Source: Candidatus Giovannonibacteria bacterium RIFOXYD1_FULL_48_21 (GTDB lineage Bacteria; Patescibacteriota; Minisyncoccia; JACPKW01; UBA11713). Taken from it: a DNA stretch of 64,000 nt. The translations under genes and the position numbers were made by a program. The notes beneath the pieces are model-generated. The model saw nothing but the letters and a program-made list of their open reading frames with translations. It was not told where the DNA came from and searched no databases. The stretch is taken from contig MFIU01000002.1 in NCBI GenBank assembly GCA_001778985.1, positions 139,930 to 203,929 of the forward strand, in the 5' to 3' direction. Positions 17,834 through 27,582 of this stretch are shown in pieces (position 1 is the stretch's first letter; each line of letters starts with the position of its first letter).

Positions 17834-18722
17834 AATATGAGGTTGGCATTAAAAGAGTTTCGCGTCCGATTTTCATCGCAAAGCGCAAAGAGGCGTCGGG
17901 CGGCTCTTTCTTATAAAAAAACTTAAAAATTAAAGCCGCCGCGGCCGCGTCCCCGGCTCCGCCTATGAATGGCGGATTTTTCACTTTTCGCGGAAAAACT
18001 CTAAGCACACTATGCTTGGCTTTGAACCAGGCTTCTCTTGGCCCCCTAGTTATAAAAATATACGGAATTGGAAATTTTAAAAGGTCGCCTACCTGCGGTT
18101 TTCTATTAAAAAATAATTTTGCTTCTGTTTCGTTTAACGCCAAAAAATCCAATTGGGGAATAATATTTTTCCCCTTTCTGGAACGCAAAAAATCAACCGA
18201 AGCGACTAGCCCGGAAATTTGACCGGGATGGTATTTCTTCAAAAAAAGCGCGGCTAAATCTCCTTCGGCCGCCTCCCCGGAAATCTCGGCTAAAATCTTT
18301 AGGCGGGCTTTTTCGGCGTGGTGCTTCAACGCTTTGTGAACCGAACGATTTAGGACGACTTTTCCTCCGCGATATCCGAAGGCCCATGTTTTGCCCCGAG
18401 AAGGGATAAGATAATATGAACTGGGGGTTTTCTCCCGCAGAAAAAAAGTTTTATAAAAAAACTTTTCCTGTTTTAGCAGATATTCAACTGCCCTCGTATC
18501 CGGGTCATTGGCCTTTCCCAGAAAACTTACGAGAGAAATTTTTTTAGAGGGAACTCCTAAAGTCTGAAACGATTTCGCGATATTAAAAGCCCCTCCGCCA
18601 AGCTGCACCAAGGGAGAAATCTTCATAATGCCCTTTTCCTCTTTCCGGTCATAATGCAAGATGTGTTCCAGAAAAACGCTGAAGCCGAGCGCGATAAATT
18701 GTCTTCCCAAAATCTTCGGCAT
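17817..18722 (-). CDS. PfkB family carbohydrate kinase
   Basis: GGGAFNIA, LNETEA, ITRG, GGAGD anion hole; ATG at 18722. Confidence 0.75.
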   Translation of the reverse strand: MPKILGRQFIALGFSVFLEHILHYDRKEEKGIMKISPLVQLGGGAFNIAKSFQTLGVPSKKISLVSFLGKANDPDTRAVEYLLKQEKFFYKTFFLREKTPSSYYLIPSRGKTWAFGYRGGKVVLNRSVHKALKHHAEKARLKILAEISGEAAEGDLAALFLKKYHPGQISGLVASVDFLRSRKGKNIIPQLDFLALNETEAKLFFNRKPQVGDLLKFPIPYIFITRGPREAWFKAKHSVLRVFPRKVKNPPFIGGAGDAAAAALIFKFFYKKEPPDASLRFAMKIGRETLLMPTSYYGSRG

Positions 18723-18727
18723 AATTT

Positions 18728-19897
18728 TTAATAGGTTATCTTTTTCTGGATGTCTGGCAATTTGATGGTGGCGAGAATTTCGGCGATTTGCTTGCCGGCC
18801 GTGCCGTTGCCGTATATGTATTCCGCCGGCCACCTGCCTTTCGAAAGCTGCCGCCGGATGGCATTTTCAATATCATTACGCTCGCAGGAAGCGTCTAAAA
18901 CATTCGACCCGCGCTCGCGGCTCTGCTGTCTGGAGCCAATGTTGACCACCGGCAGACCGAAATAACAAGCTTCCCGGATACCGCTTGAAGAATTCCCGAT
19001 AAGGCCTGACGCGTTTCGAAGCAAGTTAACGAACAACTCGTGAGGAATATGCTTCAGGACCAAGACGTTTGATTTCGCGCCGTCAAAATGGGTGGCAAGA
19101 TACTTTCGAATTATTTTGGAGATGGCGTCAGAGCCGGCATCAATGTTCGGCCAAAGCATCAAAACCTGCTCGTCGAATTTTTTAAGGGCTTCAAGCGTTT
19201 CTATAATCTGTTTCTCTTCGGAACCGAATTCCGTGGTAACCGGGTGCTGAACAACCAAGAGGTAAGGTTTCTCGGGATCGAACTTTTCGGGTCCTTTTAT
19301 TACTTCTTTGTTCAGATGCGTCAAAACCTCCTCCCGATTCAGAGGAGGAACTCTCAAAATTAAATCCGTCCCTGGACAGCCCACGTTGAAAACATTTTCC
19401 TCCGGCTCACCCATTTTTATCACCCGTTCCCGGCTTTTCTCGGTGGCGACAAGATGAAGATGAGAGAGTTTGGAAAGGGCGTGCCGGATAGATTCGTCGA
19501 TAGTGCCGGTAACTTCACCGCCCTGAATGTGAGCCACATGGATATTCAAAAGCGCCGCCGCGACGCCCATGGCCAGGGATTCAAAACGATCCACCGGCAC
19601 CAGCACAACATCCGGACGAAGATGTTCCAAGGCCGTGGTTAGTTCAATGATGGCGAGCCCCACCGACTTCGTCATGGAGACAGGATTTCCGCCCTCCAAT
19701 TCCATCTGAACATTCCAATCGGCGTCAAAGCCTTTTCTTTTTATTTCTTCCGCGGTCCGTCCGGTTTTCTCCAAAAGATGCGAACCCATCACCACCAGCT
19801 GAAGCTCCAAATCAGGATGATTTTTAATCTCAATCAAGGCGCTTTCCATTCGCGAAAAGTCAGCCCGATTGGCGGTTATGGCGCAAATTTTTCTCAT
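18728..19897 (-). CDS. neuC: hydrolysing UDP/GDP-N-acetylhexosamine 2-epimerase (NeuC/LegG)
   Basis: NRADF, DRFE, HIQGGEVTGTIDESIRHA, QHPVT, GNSSSGI, GSRQ. Confidence 0.92.
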   Translation of the reverse strand: MRKICAITANRADFSRMESALIEIKNHPDLELQLVVMGSHLLEKTGRTAEEIKRKGFDADWNVQMELEGGNPVSMTKSVGLAIIELTTALEHLRPDVVLVPVDRFESLAMGVAAALLNIHVAHIQGGEVTGTIDESIRHALSKLSHLHLVATEKSRERVIKMGEPEENVFNVGCPGTDLILRVPPLNREEVLTHLNKEVIKGPEKFDPEKPYLLVVQHPVTTEFGSEEKQIIETLEALKKFDEQVLMLWPNIDAGSDAISKIIRKYLATHFDGAKSNVLVLKHIPHELFVNLLRNASGLIGNSSSGIREACYFGLPVVNIGSRQQSRERGSNVLDASCERNDIENAIRRQLSKGRWPAEYIYGNGTAGKQIAEILATIKLPDIQKKITY

Positions 19898-20985
19898 AGG
19901 GCGAGGTCGGAGCGCTGAATCAAGCTGCCTTTCGAAATCATTCTAGCGGCTTTCGCGCCTAGAAATTTCCGGTATTCCTTGGAGCGAATTCCGGTTCCGG
20001 GACGTTTGGAGGTCAACATTTCCCGCGTAATTGGCGTCCCTTCCTGAATATCCACCGCCGCCACCAAACTTCTTTTGGCCCAAATCCAGACTGGTTTTTC
20101 ATCTTCAAAAATATCTTTTCTCGGCGCCAGAGCTTTTTCCCATTGCCGCACATTCTCCACAAGGTGCTTTAAGGTAATTGGGTCATGAGAGAAGAAACTG
20201 TCAGCGTCGTCCGCCTTGCGATCCAAGGTGAAATGCTTCTCGATAAACCTGGCGCCCGCTCCAAGTGCTACCGCCAGAATTTCGTCTTCGCTTATTTTTC
20301 TTCCCGAAGCTTCATCCGTTACTCCTTCGGGCGGGCTGTGGTCTGACCAGCCCACTAGAACTTCGTAGCGTTCCCGCAAAAAAGGAATGGTGCCGAAACG
20401 AAACTGATTAAGACTCTTTATCGGATAGACCGAGATGCAGTGTGCAAGGCAAAAAGGAGTGTTGTGGGATTTCAAAGTGTTTGCCGTCAGGTCAAGTTCA
20501 TCCAGACTTGTCATGCCGGTTGAAACCATCATGGGTTTGCCGAACTTCGCGACCTCTTCAATCATCGGCAGATCTTCGGTTTCGCCCGAGCCGATTTTAA
20601 AAGCCTCTGCCCCCATCTCATTCAGCAGTTGAGCGGCTTTGAGAGAGAAGGGGGTACAAAAATATTGGATGCCGATTTTATCGCAATAGTCCTTAAGCTG
20701 GGCGTGCTCTTCCGGTTTTAAAAGAAATTTCTCCACGAAGCCGTAGAGCGAACCCCACTTCGAGAAAAAAGGAGTGCTGGTTAGTTTTTCTATCTCCGGT
20801 TTCACCATTTCCTCTTCCGGCAGGTGCAGCTGGAATTTTATGATATCCGCGCCGGATTCTTTGGCCGCCTGGGCCATCTCCTTCGCGCGCGACAAACTGC
20901 CCATGTGGTTGTCGCACCCCTCGGCGATGATTGCCGCTGGCCTGCCTTCTCCTATTTCCACTTTGCCGATTTGAATCGTGTTCAT
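19894..20985 (-). CDS. neuB: NeuB family synthase, second copy
   Basis: IKFQ, TPFS, KIGSGE, STGM, GWSDHS, EKHFTLD, KRPGTGI SAF domain. Confidence 0.9.
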   Translation of the reverse strand: MNTIQIGKVEIGEGRPAAIIAEGCDNHMGSLSRAKEMAQAAKESGADIIKFQLHLPEEEMVKPEIEKLTSTPFFSKWGSLYGFVEKFLLKPEEHAQLKDYCDKIGIQYFCTPFSLKAAQLLNEMGAEAFKIGSGETEDLPMIEEVAKFGKPMMVSTGMTSLDELDLTANTLKSHNTPFCLAHCISVYPIKSLNQFRFGTIPFLRERYEVLVGWSDHSPPEGVTDEASGRKISEDEILAVALGAGARFIEKHFTLDRKADDADSFFSHDPITLKHLVENVRQWEKALAPRKDIFEDEKPVWIWAKRSLVAAVDIQEGTPITREMLTSKRPGTGIRSKEYRKFLGAKAARMISKGSLIQRSDLAL

Positions 20986-21944
20986 AAATTAGATTTATAC
21001 CATAAAAATGTTTTCTTCAATCCCTCCTCGAGCGAATGCTCGGGCCGAAAGCCTATCAATTTCTTCATCTTGGTCATGTCCGGGAAACGATGCCTGATTT
21101 CTCCTCCTTTCCGAAGCGGCACGAATTTTATTTTAGATTTCTTGCTCCCGGAAATCCTGATAATTTTTTGCGCCAGCTCCTTGATGGTCACGGGGCGGTC
21201 CGCTCCAATATTAACGCTCTCGCCGTTAGTTCGGTCACTCAAGAGGGCGCGGATAACGGCATTAATGTTGTCTTCGACGTACACAAAATCCCTGGTCTGT
21301 TTTCCATCGCCGAAAACGCTAAGCGGCTTCCCTCCCAAGGCTTGCCGAATAAAAATTCCAACCACGAAGCCGTAGCTGGAAGATTCCTGCTTGGGGCCGT
21401 AGACGTTGAAAATCCTAACCGCAGAAGTCGGCATTCCAAAAGTTTTCCAGTAAGCCTGAAAATAATGCTCACCTAAAAGTTTTACCGTGGCGTAAGGAAA
21501 TTTGGCGCCTAGATGCCCGTCTTCCCGCTCCGGAAGATTTAGCGGCTCGCCGTAAACTTCTGACGAAGACGAAAAAAGCGCCTTCTTAATCTTGTTCTTT
21601 AACGCTAAATCCAAAATGTTTCTTATACCTAAAATGTCCTCCAAAACTTCAAGCGGCCGCTCCACCGTGCGCAACACGCCGACCCGGGCCGCGTAATGAA
21701 AAACATAGTCAATTTTATTTTTCAAAAAAGCTTTCTGAAGTTCTCGATAATTATTGGCATTGCCTTTTATGAATTTGAAATTCCCCTGCCCTAAAAATTC
21801 TTTGATGTTTTTTATCTTGCCCGTGCTTAAATCATCGAAACAAATCACTTTCGCACCTTTTCCCAGAAGAGAATGAGTCAGATTAGAGCCTAAAAATCCG
21901 GCGCCTCCGGTTACGAGGATATTTCTTCCTTTCAGCTGTTTCAT
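20982..21944 (-). CDS. NAD-dependent epimerase/dehydratase (extended SDR)
   Basis: TGGAGFLGS, SSSEVYG, YATVK, FNVYGP, TRDFVYV. Confidence 0.9.
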   Translation of the reverse strand: MKQLKGRNILVTGGAGFLGSNLTHSLLGKGAKVICFDDLSTGKIKNIKEFLGQGNFKFIKGNANNYRELQKAFLKNKIDYVFHYAARVGVLRTVERPLEVLEDILGIRNILDLALKNKIKKALFSSSSEVYGEPLNLPEREDGHLGAKFPYATVKLLGEHYFQAYWKTFGMPTSAVRIFNVYGPKQESSSYGFVVGIFIRQALGGKPLSVFGDGKQTRDFVYVEDNINAVIRALLSDRTNGESVNIGADRPVTIKELAQKIIRISGSKKSKIKFVPLRKGGEIRHRFPDMTKMKKLIGFRPEHSLEEGLKKTFLWYKSNL

Positions 21945-23866
21945 AAATTCTCCGAAATACGCCGCACCAAAGATTCGGCATCAAGGCCGTGATATTTCAG
22001 AACTTCGTCATTCCAGCCGCAAGCCGGAATTTCTTCCAATCCCAGAAAAACGACCCGGGGCAAATCCCCACCCTTCTTTGCCAAAGCCCGCGCCATATGC
22101 CCTCCAAGTCCGGAATTTGAATAATGGTCGTCCAGAACAAAAATAGTTTTAAATTTGCCGAGTTCTTTTTGAGCCCATTCGGAATCAACCGCGTTCAGCC
22201 ACGGAAAATTCATCACCGCGAGTCCGAACTTTTTTTCTTTCAAAAGTCCCGACGCCAAAAAAGCTTCTCTCAGCATAACCGGCCCATATGAAACTAGGGC
22301 GGCCTCTTTCCCATTCGCCAAAAATACGCCTCGCCCTTTTTCCAACTTATAGTCCGGAGACAAAGAATAAGGCAAGTCCAGCGGAACATTGGAAAAACGA
22401 AGATAGGTCTGCCCGGGATTCTCGTCCACCGCCCAGCGGATGGCGAGTTTTGCCTCGTTTTCGTTCGCGGGCTCAATCATGACAAGTCCGGGAACGCCGC
22501 CGAGGGCGGAAATATCGCGGACAGATTGATGAGAATGCCCAGGCCCCCCAGGCAAAAGTCCGGCCAAGGTTCCGACATAGATAATTTTTTTCTTTTCGGT
22601 GGCATTATTGTAAATCTGCTCGTTCGGCCGCGTGGAAAGAAAACAAGCGAAGGAGTGAACGACGGGAATTTTTCCGAAAAGCGCGAGTCCTCCTGCCAAA
22701 GAAACCATATCTTGCTCCGCGATGCCGCATTCGAAAAAGCGCTCGGGGAATTTGCGGCTGAAATTGGTAATGCCGCAATCCGGCATCAAATCCGCGTCCA
22801 AAACCACAATCTCTTTATTCTCGTGTCCAATTTTAACCAATTCCTCGCCGTAAGCCTCGACCAGATTCTCGGGTTTTTTCGGCAAGACCCGCTCCGGCGC
22901 GGGAAAAGATTCAAGTTTAAGCGGCCCAAGCCCAAGCTTGGAAAATTTTTCATTAAGCCGGCCTGAAATTTCTTCGAGAGCGGCGCGATAATCGTCGTAT
23001 CTAGGAGCGCCGCTGTGAAATTTGTAAAGTCCGTCCGGCGCCACTTTCTCCATAAAAGAAACGCCCCGGCCCTTTGAAGTGTCCGCTATCAAAATTTGCG
23101 GCCGATCCTTAATTTTTTCGAAACGCTCGAGAATTTCGTGAACTTTTCTGACGTCGTGACCGTCCGTCCGCGCCACTTCCCATCCAAAAGAACGAAACTT
23201 ATTTTCAATCTCGCCCAAATGACTCACTTCCTCGACTTTTTTGTCAGACTGGAATTTATTGTGGTCCACAATCACGGTGATTTCGGAAAATTTTCCGTTG
23301 ACGGTCGGCTGTAAAGATTCCCAAATCTGCCCTTCCTGAAGCTCGCCGTCGCCGGTTAAAACATAAAAGCGGCCTTGAGTTTTGTTAAGGCGCCTCGCCA
23401 AGGCCATGCCGCGCGCTTTGGATATTCCCATTCCCAAAGAACCGGTGTTGGCCGCGATATGCGGCGTCACGATGTCCGGATGTCCGGGCAAACCATCCAA
23501 GCGCCGCAGTTTATGAACCAAATCAAACGGAAGTTTTTCCAAGCCGATAAGAAGGGAGTAAAGTCCGGGCGCGTCGTGACCCTTGGAAGAAAAATAAGTG
23601 TCGCCGTTTTTTGAGCCGGGCTCGTTCGGGGATTTCATTACTTTAGTCCACAAAAGTGTCACGATATCCATGGCGGAAAAGCTCGTTCCAAGGTGGCCGG
23701 AGCCCGCGCGCTCGACCATATAAAGGGTATTTATTCTGAAAATATCCGCCAAAATCTCGCTCAATAAAAACGGGTCGGAAATATTTTCTTTAATCCGCCG
23801 GATTTCCCCGAGCGGCACCAGATAAAGCTCGCCGGTATTCGAAGATAAAGTTTCTCGTTCCGCCAT
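21941..23866 (-). CDS. single-chain transketolase-family (TPP) enzyme
   Basis: AGSGHLG, SKGH, LPGHP, TGSLGMG, GDGELQEGQIWE, GIAEQDMV, GHSHQ. Confidence 0.9.
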   Translation of the reverse strand: MAERETLSSNTGELYLVPLGEIRRIKENISDPFLLSEILADIFRINTLYMVERAGSGHLGTSFSAMDIVTLLWTKVMKSPNEPGSKNGDTYFSSKGHDAPGLYSLLIGLEKLPFDLVHKLRRLDGLPGHPDIVTPHIAANTGSLGMGISKARGMALARRLNKTQGRFYVLTGDGELQEGQIWESLQPTVNGKFSEITVIVDHNKFQSDKKVEEVSHLGEIENKFRSFGWEVARTDGHDVRKVHEILERFEKIKDRPQILIADTSKGRGVSFMEKVAPDGLYKFHSGAPRYDDYRAALEEISGRLNEKFSKLGLGPLKLESFPAPERVLPKKPENLVEAYGEELVKIGHENKEIVVLDADLMPDCGITNFSRKFPERFFECGIAEQDMVSLAGGLALFGKIPVVHSFACFLSTRPNEQIYNNATEKKKIIYVGTLAGLLPGGPGHSHQSVRDISALGGVPGLVMIEPANENEAKLAIRWAVDENPGQTYLRFSNVPLDLPYSLSPDYKLEKGRGVFLANGKEAALVSYGPVMLREAFLASGLLKEKKFGLAVMNFPWLNAVDSEWAQKELGKFKTIFVLDDHYSNSGLGGHMARALAKKGGDLPRVVFLGLEEIPACGWNDEVLKYHGLDAESLVRRISENL

Positions 23867-23870
23867 GGCC

Positions 23871-24698
23871 TTATCTCGCGGTCCAGCCGCCATCCACCAC
23901 TAAAGTCGAGCCGGTCATATATGAAGAGGCGTCCGAAGCCAGAAATAAAACCGCGCCGTTGTAATCGTGCGCTTCGGCCATCCGGCCAAGCATGGTCCGG
24001 CTTTCATATTCTCTGACGAACTCGGGGTCTTGACCCGCGTAAACTCCGCCAGGCACTAAAGTGTTAACCCTGATTCCGAAAGGCGCGGCGTATTCCGCAA
24101 GCCAGCGCGTGAAATTCAAAACTCCGGATTTGGCCACGCTGTATCCGACGGGTTTATAATATGTTTCGCCTTTTCTGCGCCGAAATTCATACATGGCTTG
24201 CGGCGGCGTGACCAAGCCGTAAGTCGAAGAAACATTGATAATGCTTCCGGAAGTTTTTTTCGCGGAACGAAAATTTCTAATAAAGGCTTGGGACATAAAA
24301 AACATCCCCTTAAGATGCGAATCCAGCATGGCATCCCAGACTTCCTCGGGATAATCTTCAAAGGGTCCGTTTTGCGCGGCAGGCGCCGACGGGTGAGAAT
24401 CAAGGCCAGCGTTATTTATAAGGATGGTGGGGACTCCGAGCTCGCCCGAAGCTTCGGCGAGCGCCTTTTCGACTTCGTTCTTCTTCGTCAAATCAATTTT
24501 ATAAATTTTCACCGGATGGCCGGATTTCAAAAGTTCTTCGAGTTTTGGATTTTTTTTGTCGGCAATATCAAAAACCGCCACGCTGGCTCCGGCCTGGGCC
24601 AACGTTTTTACGTATTCGCTTCCCAAATTCCCCGCGCCGCCGGTGACCACGGCCGTTCGGCCCGCAAGGTTGAACATTTCACCAACCTTAGAATCCAT
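23871..24698 (-). CDS. SDR oxidoreductase (PtmA/ElaC-like, nonulosonate loci)
   Basis: TGGAGNLG, NNAG, SSTYG, YSVAK, IRVNTLVPGG, VVDGGW. Confidence 0.85.
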   Translation of the reverse strand: MDSKVGEMFNLAGRTAVVTGGAGNLGSEYVKTLAQAGASVAVFDIADKKNPKLEELLKSGHPVKIYKIDLTKKNEVEKALAEASGELGVPTILINNAGLDSHPSAPAAQNGPFEDYPEEVWDAMLDSHLKGMFFMSQAFIRNFRSAKKTSGSIINVSSTYGLVTPPQAMYEFRRRKGETYYKPVGYSVAKSGVLNFTRWLAEYAAPFGIRVNTLVPGGVYAGQDPEFVREYESRTMLGRMAEAHDYNGAVLFLASDASSYMTGSTLVVDGGWTAR

Positions 24699-25728
24699 AC
24701 GCTTTATTGAGAATTTTCATGATTTCCAATCCTCTTTCAAATGAAAGCGGAGAATCTTTAAGTTTAATCTCGCCTGAAAGAAGTTTTTGGTAATGCAGGG
24801 TTTCGCAGTAAAAATCATCAGGACGCTTTTTGGAAACGATTTTTTCGATAAGCTCGCCTCCTTCAACTTGATAGCGAAGAAGGTCGCCTTCGGGGCTCGC
24901 GTTTCCGACCCACTCTATAAATCCTTTCTCGCCCTGGGCCCTGGCCCATTTTTTGACCGGAAAAGTTATCACATCTTGAACCACGCGCCCTACTTTTCCG
25001 GATTCAGTCTTCAAGAGAAAAGTCGTCAAGTAATCATATTCAGCCTCGCGTTCTTTTTTAAAGGCAAGACTGCTTTTCACGTCTGAAATTTTATCCCAGC
25101 CGGCGGCTTCGGCCAGATGACGCCAAAGATGCAAAGCATGAGAATGTTCTCCACCCGCGCCGCCTCCCCTTTTCCAATAACCAAGGTATGTTTCCCAAGG
25201 ACCGGCTAACCACGGATGCGCTCCGAAAATTCCGCGCCAGTGTTCCCGAAACTCCACGTCCAAGGTCAAAATATTTCCGACAACTTTATCGCGAAGCATT
25301 TTCGCGAATTCTTCCAAGGCCTGACCCACGGCATTGTCGTAACCAACCACCACGATGGTTTCGGGATGTTTTCGAAGTTCGGCCCTAAATTCGTCAACTC
25401 CCTTTAAATCCGGCGCGCACAAAGGCTTTTCCAGATGCAAAAGTTTTGGATTTTCTTTGAGCGCCTCCAAAGCAAGTTTCATCCTCACATCCGGAGGAGT
25501 GCCGAGCATGATAATGTCAAATCCCCCTTTCGGCTCTTTGTCCGGGGTAAAAAGTTTGATGGAATCGTCCCAAGCGCCGTAGCGTTTGGGATAAATGTCG
25601 TTTTTCATCCGCTCGAGCGCCTTGGGGTCGGCGTCCACCACGCTGACCTCCCAGCCCATCCGACGCGAAGCTTGGGCTAAATGATTCCCGATTGAACCCG
25701 CTCCGATGATTTTTACTTTCATATTCAT
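24688..25728 (-). CDS. Gfo/Idh/MocA family oxidoreductase
   Basis: GAGSIGNH, GTPP, LEKP, GGGAGGEHSH. Confidence 0.85.
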   Translation of the reverse strand: MNMKVKIIGAGSIGNHLAQASRRMGWEVSVVDADPKALERMKNDIYPKRYGAWDDSIKLFTPDKEPKGGFDIIMLGTPPDVRMKLALEALKENPKLLHLEKPLCAPDLKGVDEFRAELRKHPETIVVVGYDNAVGQALEEFAKMLRDKVVGNILTLDVEFREHWRGIFGAHPWLAGPWETYLGYWKRGGGAGGEHSHALHLWRHLAEAAGWDKISDVKSSLAFKKEREAEYDYLTTFLLKTESGKVGRVVQDVITFPVKKWARAQGEKGFIEWVGNASPEGDLLRYQVEGGELIEKIVSKKRPDDFYCETLHYQKLLSGEIKLKDSPLSFERGLEIMKILNKAYGF

Positions 25729-25749
25729 ATGTCTGTTATTCTATAGAAC

Positions 25750-25819
25750 TTTACAAATCTCCTCAAGGTTGCTAAAATACCCCTCGAAAAGAATCCTTAA
25801 AAATCTACCGAAAAAGGAG
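25750..25819 (+). promoter_or_regulatory. promoter and SD for 25828..26904
   Basis: TTTACA (25750-55), 17 bp, TAAAAT (25773-78) preceded by TG; AAGGAG 25814-19. Confidence 0.55.
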
Positions 25820-25827
25820 AAAAATAG

Positions 25828-26904
25828 ATGCAGGAATTACATTATTGGTCGGTGGTGATACTGCCGGTATTTATCGGCTCATGCAGTATTGCGTTCATTA
25901 ACGTAATTAAGCGCCGCGTAATGAAGGGAAACGAGGCTTCAAGCCTCCAATTCCTGATATGCTACTTTTACGCGGCAACGGCCATTTTCGGCTTGGTGTA
26001 TCTTACGGTTTGGGGACCGACGATGCCGCCAAAACTGCTCGATGGATTCTGGCGCGCGGTCATACTGGGATCAGCTTTCAATGTTCTGATACAGTGGTGC
26101 AACGTCAAAGCCGCGTCGTTGGATAAAGGCGAAGTGTCGCTGACAGCGCCTCTCCAGGCAATGACGCCGGGGTTGATTACAATTCTAGCGGTAACCCTAG
26201 GCGAATTTCCGAGCGCAATCGGGATATTAGGAATATTTCTGATGGCTTCGGGGTCATATGTTCTCCTGTTTGAGAAAACGCCCTCGGGAGTATATGAACT
26301 AATCGGGCCAATCAGCAGACTCAAGCTTTTATTTTCTGCAACCTCTACAGTCGCCGAAAAATGTAAAGCTTTGGTTGTCCTTATCGCGCTTTCGTCGGCA
26401 TTCTTGGGAACGTTTGGCCTATTATTCGACGGCCTTTACACCAGGAGAGGGGTCAACATGCAGGGCCTAATTCTGGCATCAGTGTCGCTGACGGCAATTC
26501 TCGCATCAAGCTATTTGGCTTGGTACAAAATCGCGCCAGATACGTTGCCGCACCAAAACCCCAGGGGGTTTAAGGTTCTCTGGGGCAAATCCCGATGGTG
26601 GCTGGCCGCAATGGGAACGCTCTGGGTCATAACAATCTTCTTTGTTCAACCAACGTTCAACACGGCCATGGTTGCGCACGTCGGCACCCTGAAGCGATTC
26701 CAAATCGCGATTACTTTTTTCTTGGGGATTTATATCTTCAAAGAGGCCGGATTTAAAGGAGGTTTCTGGCATTCGATCAGATATAATCGCGAGGTGCGGA
26801 ACCGGGCAATTGCTTGCGTCCTGATCTTGATCGGAGCGTTTTTCTTATCAATAGACGGTCTTCCGTCGAGAATCGAAACAAGAATCACGAGGTGGGGGCT
26901 GTGA
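25828..26904 (+). CDS. EamA/DMT family transporter
   Basis: about ten TM helices, EVSLTAPLQAMTP, LGEFPS..G..GI, GIYIFKE. Confidence 0.75.
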   Translation: MQELHYWSVVILPVFIGSCSIAFINVIKRRVMKGNEASSLQFLICYFYAATAIFGLVYLTVWGPTMPPKLLDGFWRAVILGSAFNVLIQWCNVKAASLDKGEVSLTAPLQAMTPGLITILAVTLGEFPSAIGILGIFLMASGSYVLLFEKTPSGVYELIGPISRLKLLFSATSTVAEKCKALVVLIALSSAFLGTFGLLFDGLYTRRGVNMQGLILASVSLTAILASSYLAWYKIAPDTLPHQNPRGFKVLWGKSRWWLAAMGTLWVITIFFVQPTFNTAMVAHVGTLKRFQIAITFFLGIYIFKEAGFKGGFWHSIRYNREVRNRAIACVLILIGAFFLSIDGLPSRIETRITRWGL

Positions 26905-26910
26905 CTTAGA

Positions 26911-26944
26911 ATAAAGAGGAATGTCGCTCGACATTCCTCTTTAT
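26911..26944. terminator. bidirectional terminator between convergent genes
   Basis: ATAAAGAGGAATGTCG-ct-CGACATTCCTCTTTAT inverted repeat. Confidence 0.75.
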
Positions 26945-27582
26945 ATTTTCAGAATCAAATTTTTAATTTCCGATAAATTCGATACCAGCGGAAATTCTTT
27001 ATCTTTCCAGCCGTTCCAGTCGTTGGCCAGGCCGATGAAACGGCAGCCAACGGTCTTCGCTGCGGCGAGGTCATCCTCGCCGTCGCCCACCGCCAAAACT
27101 TCTTGAAGCAGAAAATTTTCTTTCTCTATTATTTTTTTAAGATTTTTAACCTTGCTTTCCGGCTCGCTCTGGCCGTAAATCTCTTCAAAAAAATCTCCAA
27201 TGCTGAGTCTTCCCGCAGTCTCCAAAAGAGCTTTCTCGGGTGTGGCAGAATTTAAATAGAGCCTAAAGCGCTGCTTCAGCTCTGAAAGAACCTCTTTGAC
27301 TCCGAGATTAAGCCCTAACGAAGAAATGCCACTTTGTACAAGCTCATTATATTTTTGGGCATGACTTAAAACAAGCGGCTCTATTTCCTCGGCAGATGTT
27401 CCGAGCCGTCTGAAAATTTCTCGAAGGATATCGTAACGGGTTTCCTTAATCTCTGTGAGAACATTTCTTATAAGCTCGCGCGAAGCTTCCTCCGGCTTAA
27501 AAACTTTAAACCAGGCCTCTTGCTTCAGGCGGTTCGAATCCACTAATACTCCATCAAAATCGAAAACAATAATTTTAATCAT
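26941..27582 (-). CDS. HAD family phosphatase
   Basis: FDFDGVLVDS, NSATP, VGDGEDD. Confidence 0.88.
   Translation of the reverse strand: MIKIIVFDFDGVLVDSNRLKQEAWFKVFKPEEASRELIRNVLTEIKETRYDILREIFRRLGTSAEEIEPLVLSHAQKYNELVQSGISSLGLNLGVKEVLSELKQRFRLYLNSATPEKALLETAGRLSIGDFFEEIYGQSEPESKVKNLKKIIEKENFLLQEVLAVGDGEDDLAAAKTVGCRFIGLANDWNGWKDKEFPLVSNLSEIKNLILKI

Noticed and set aside
17817-18833. Long N-terminal extensions in the ORF track (also 28289..29488, 54288..55385, 59203..59820, 59762..60712)
   Set aside because: They overlap upstream genes in another frame; downstream ATGs match the domain starts
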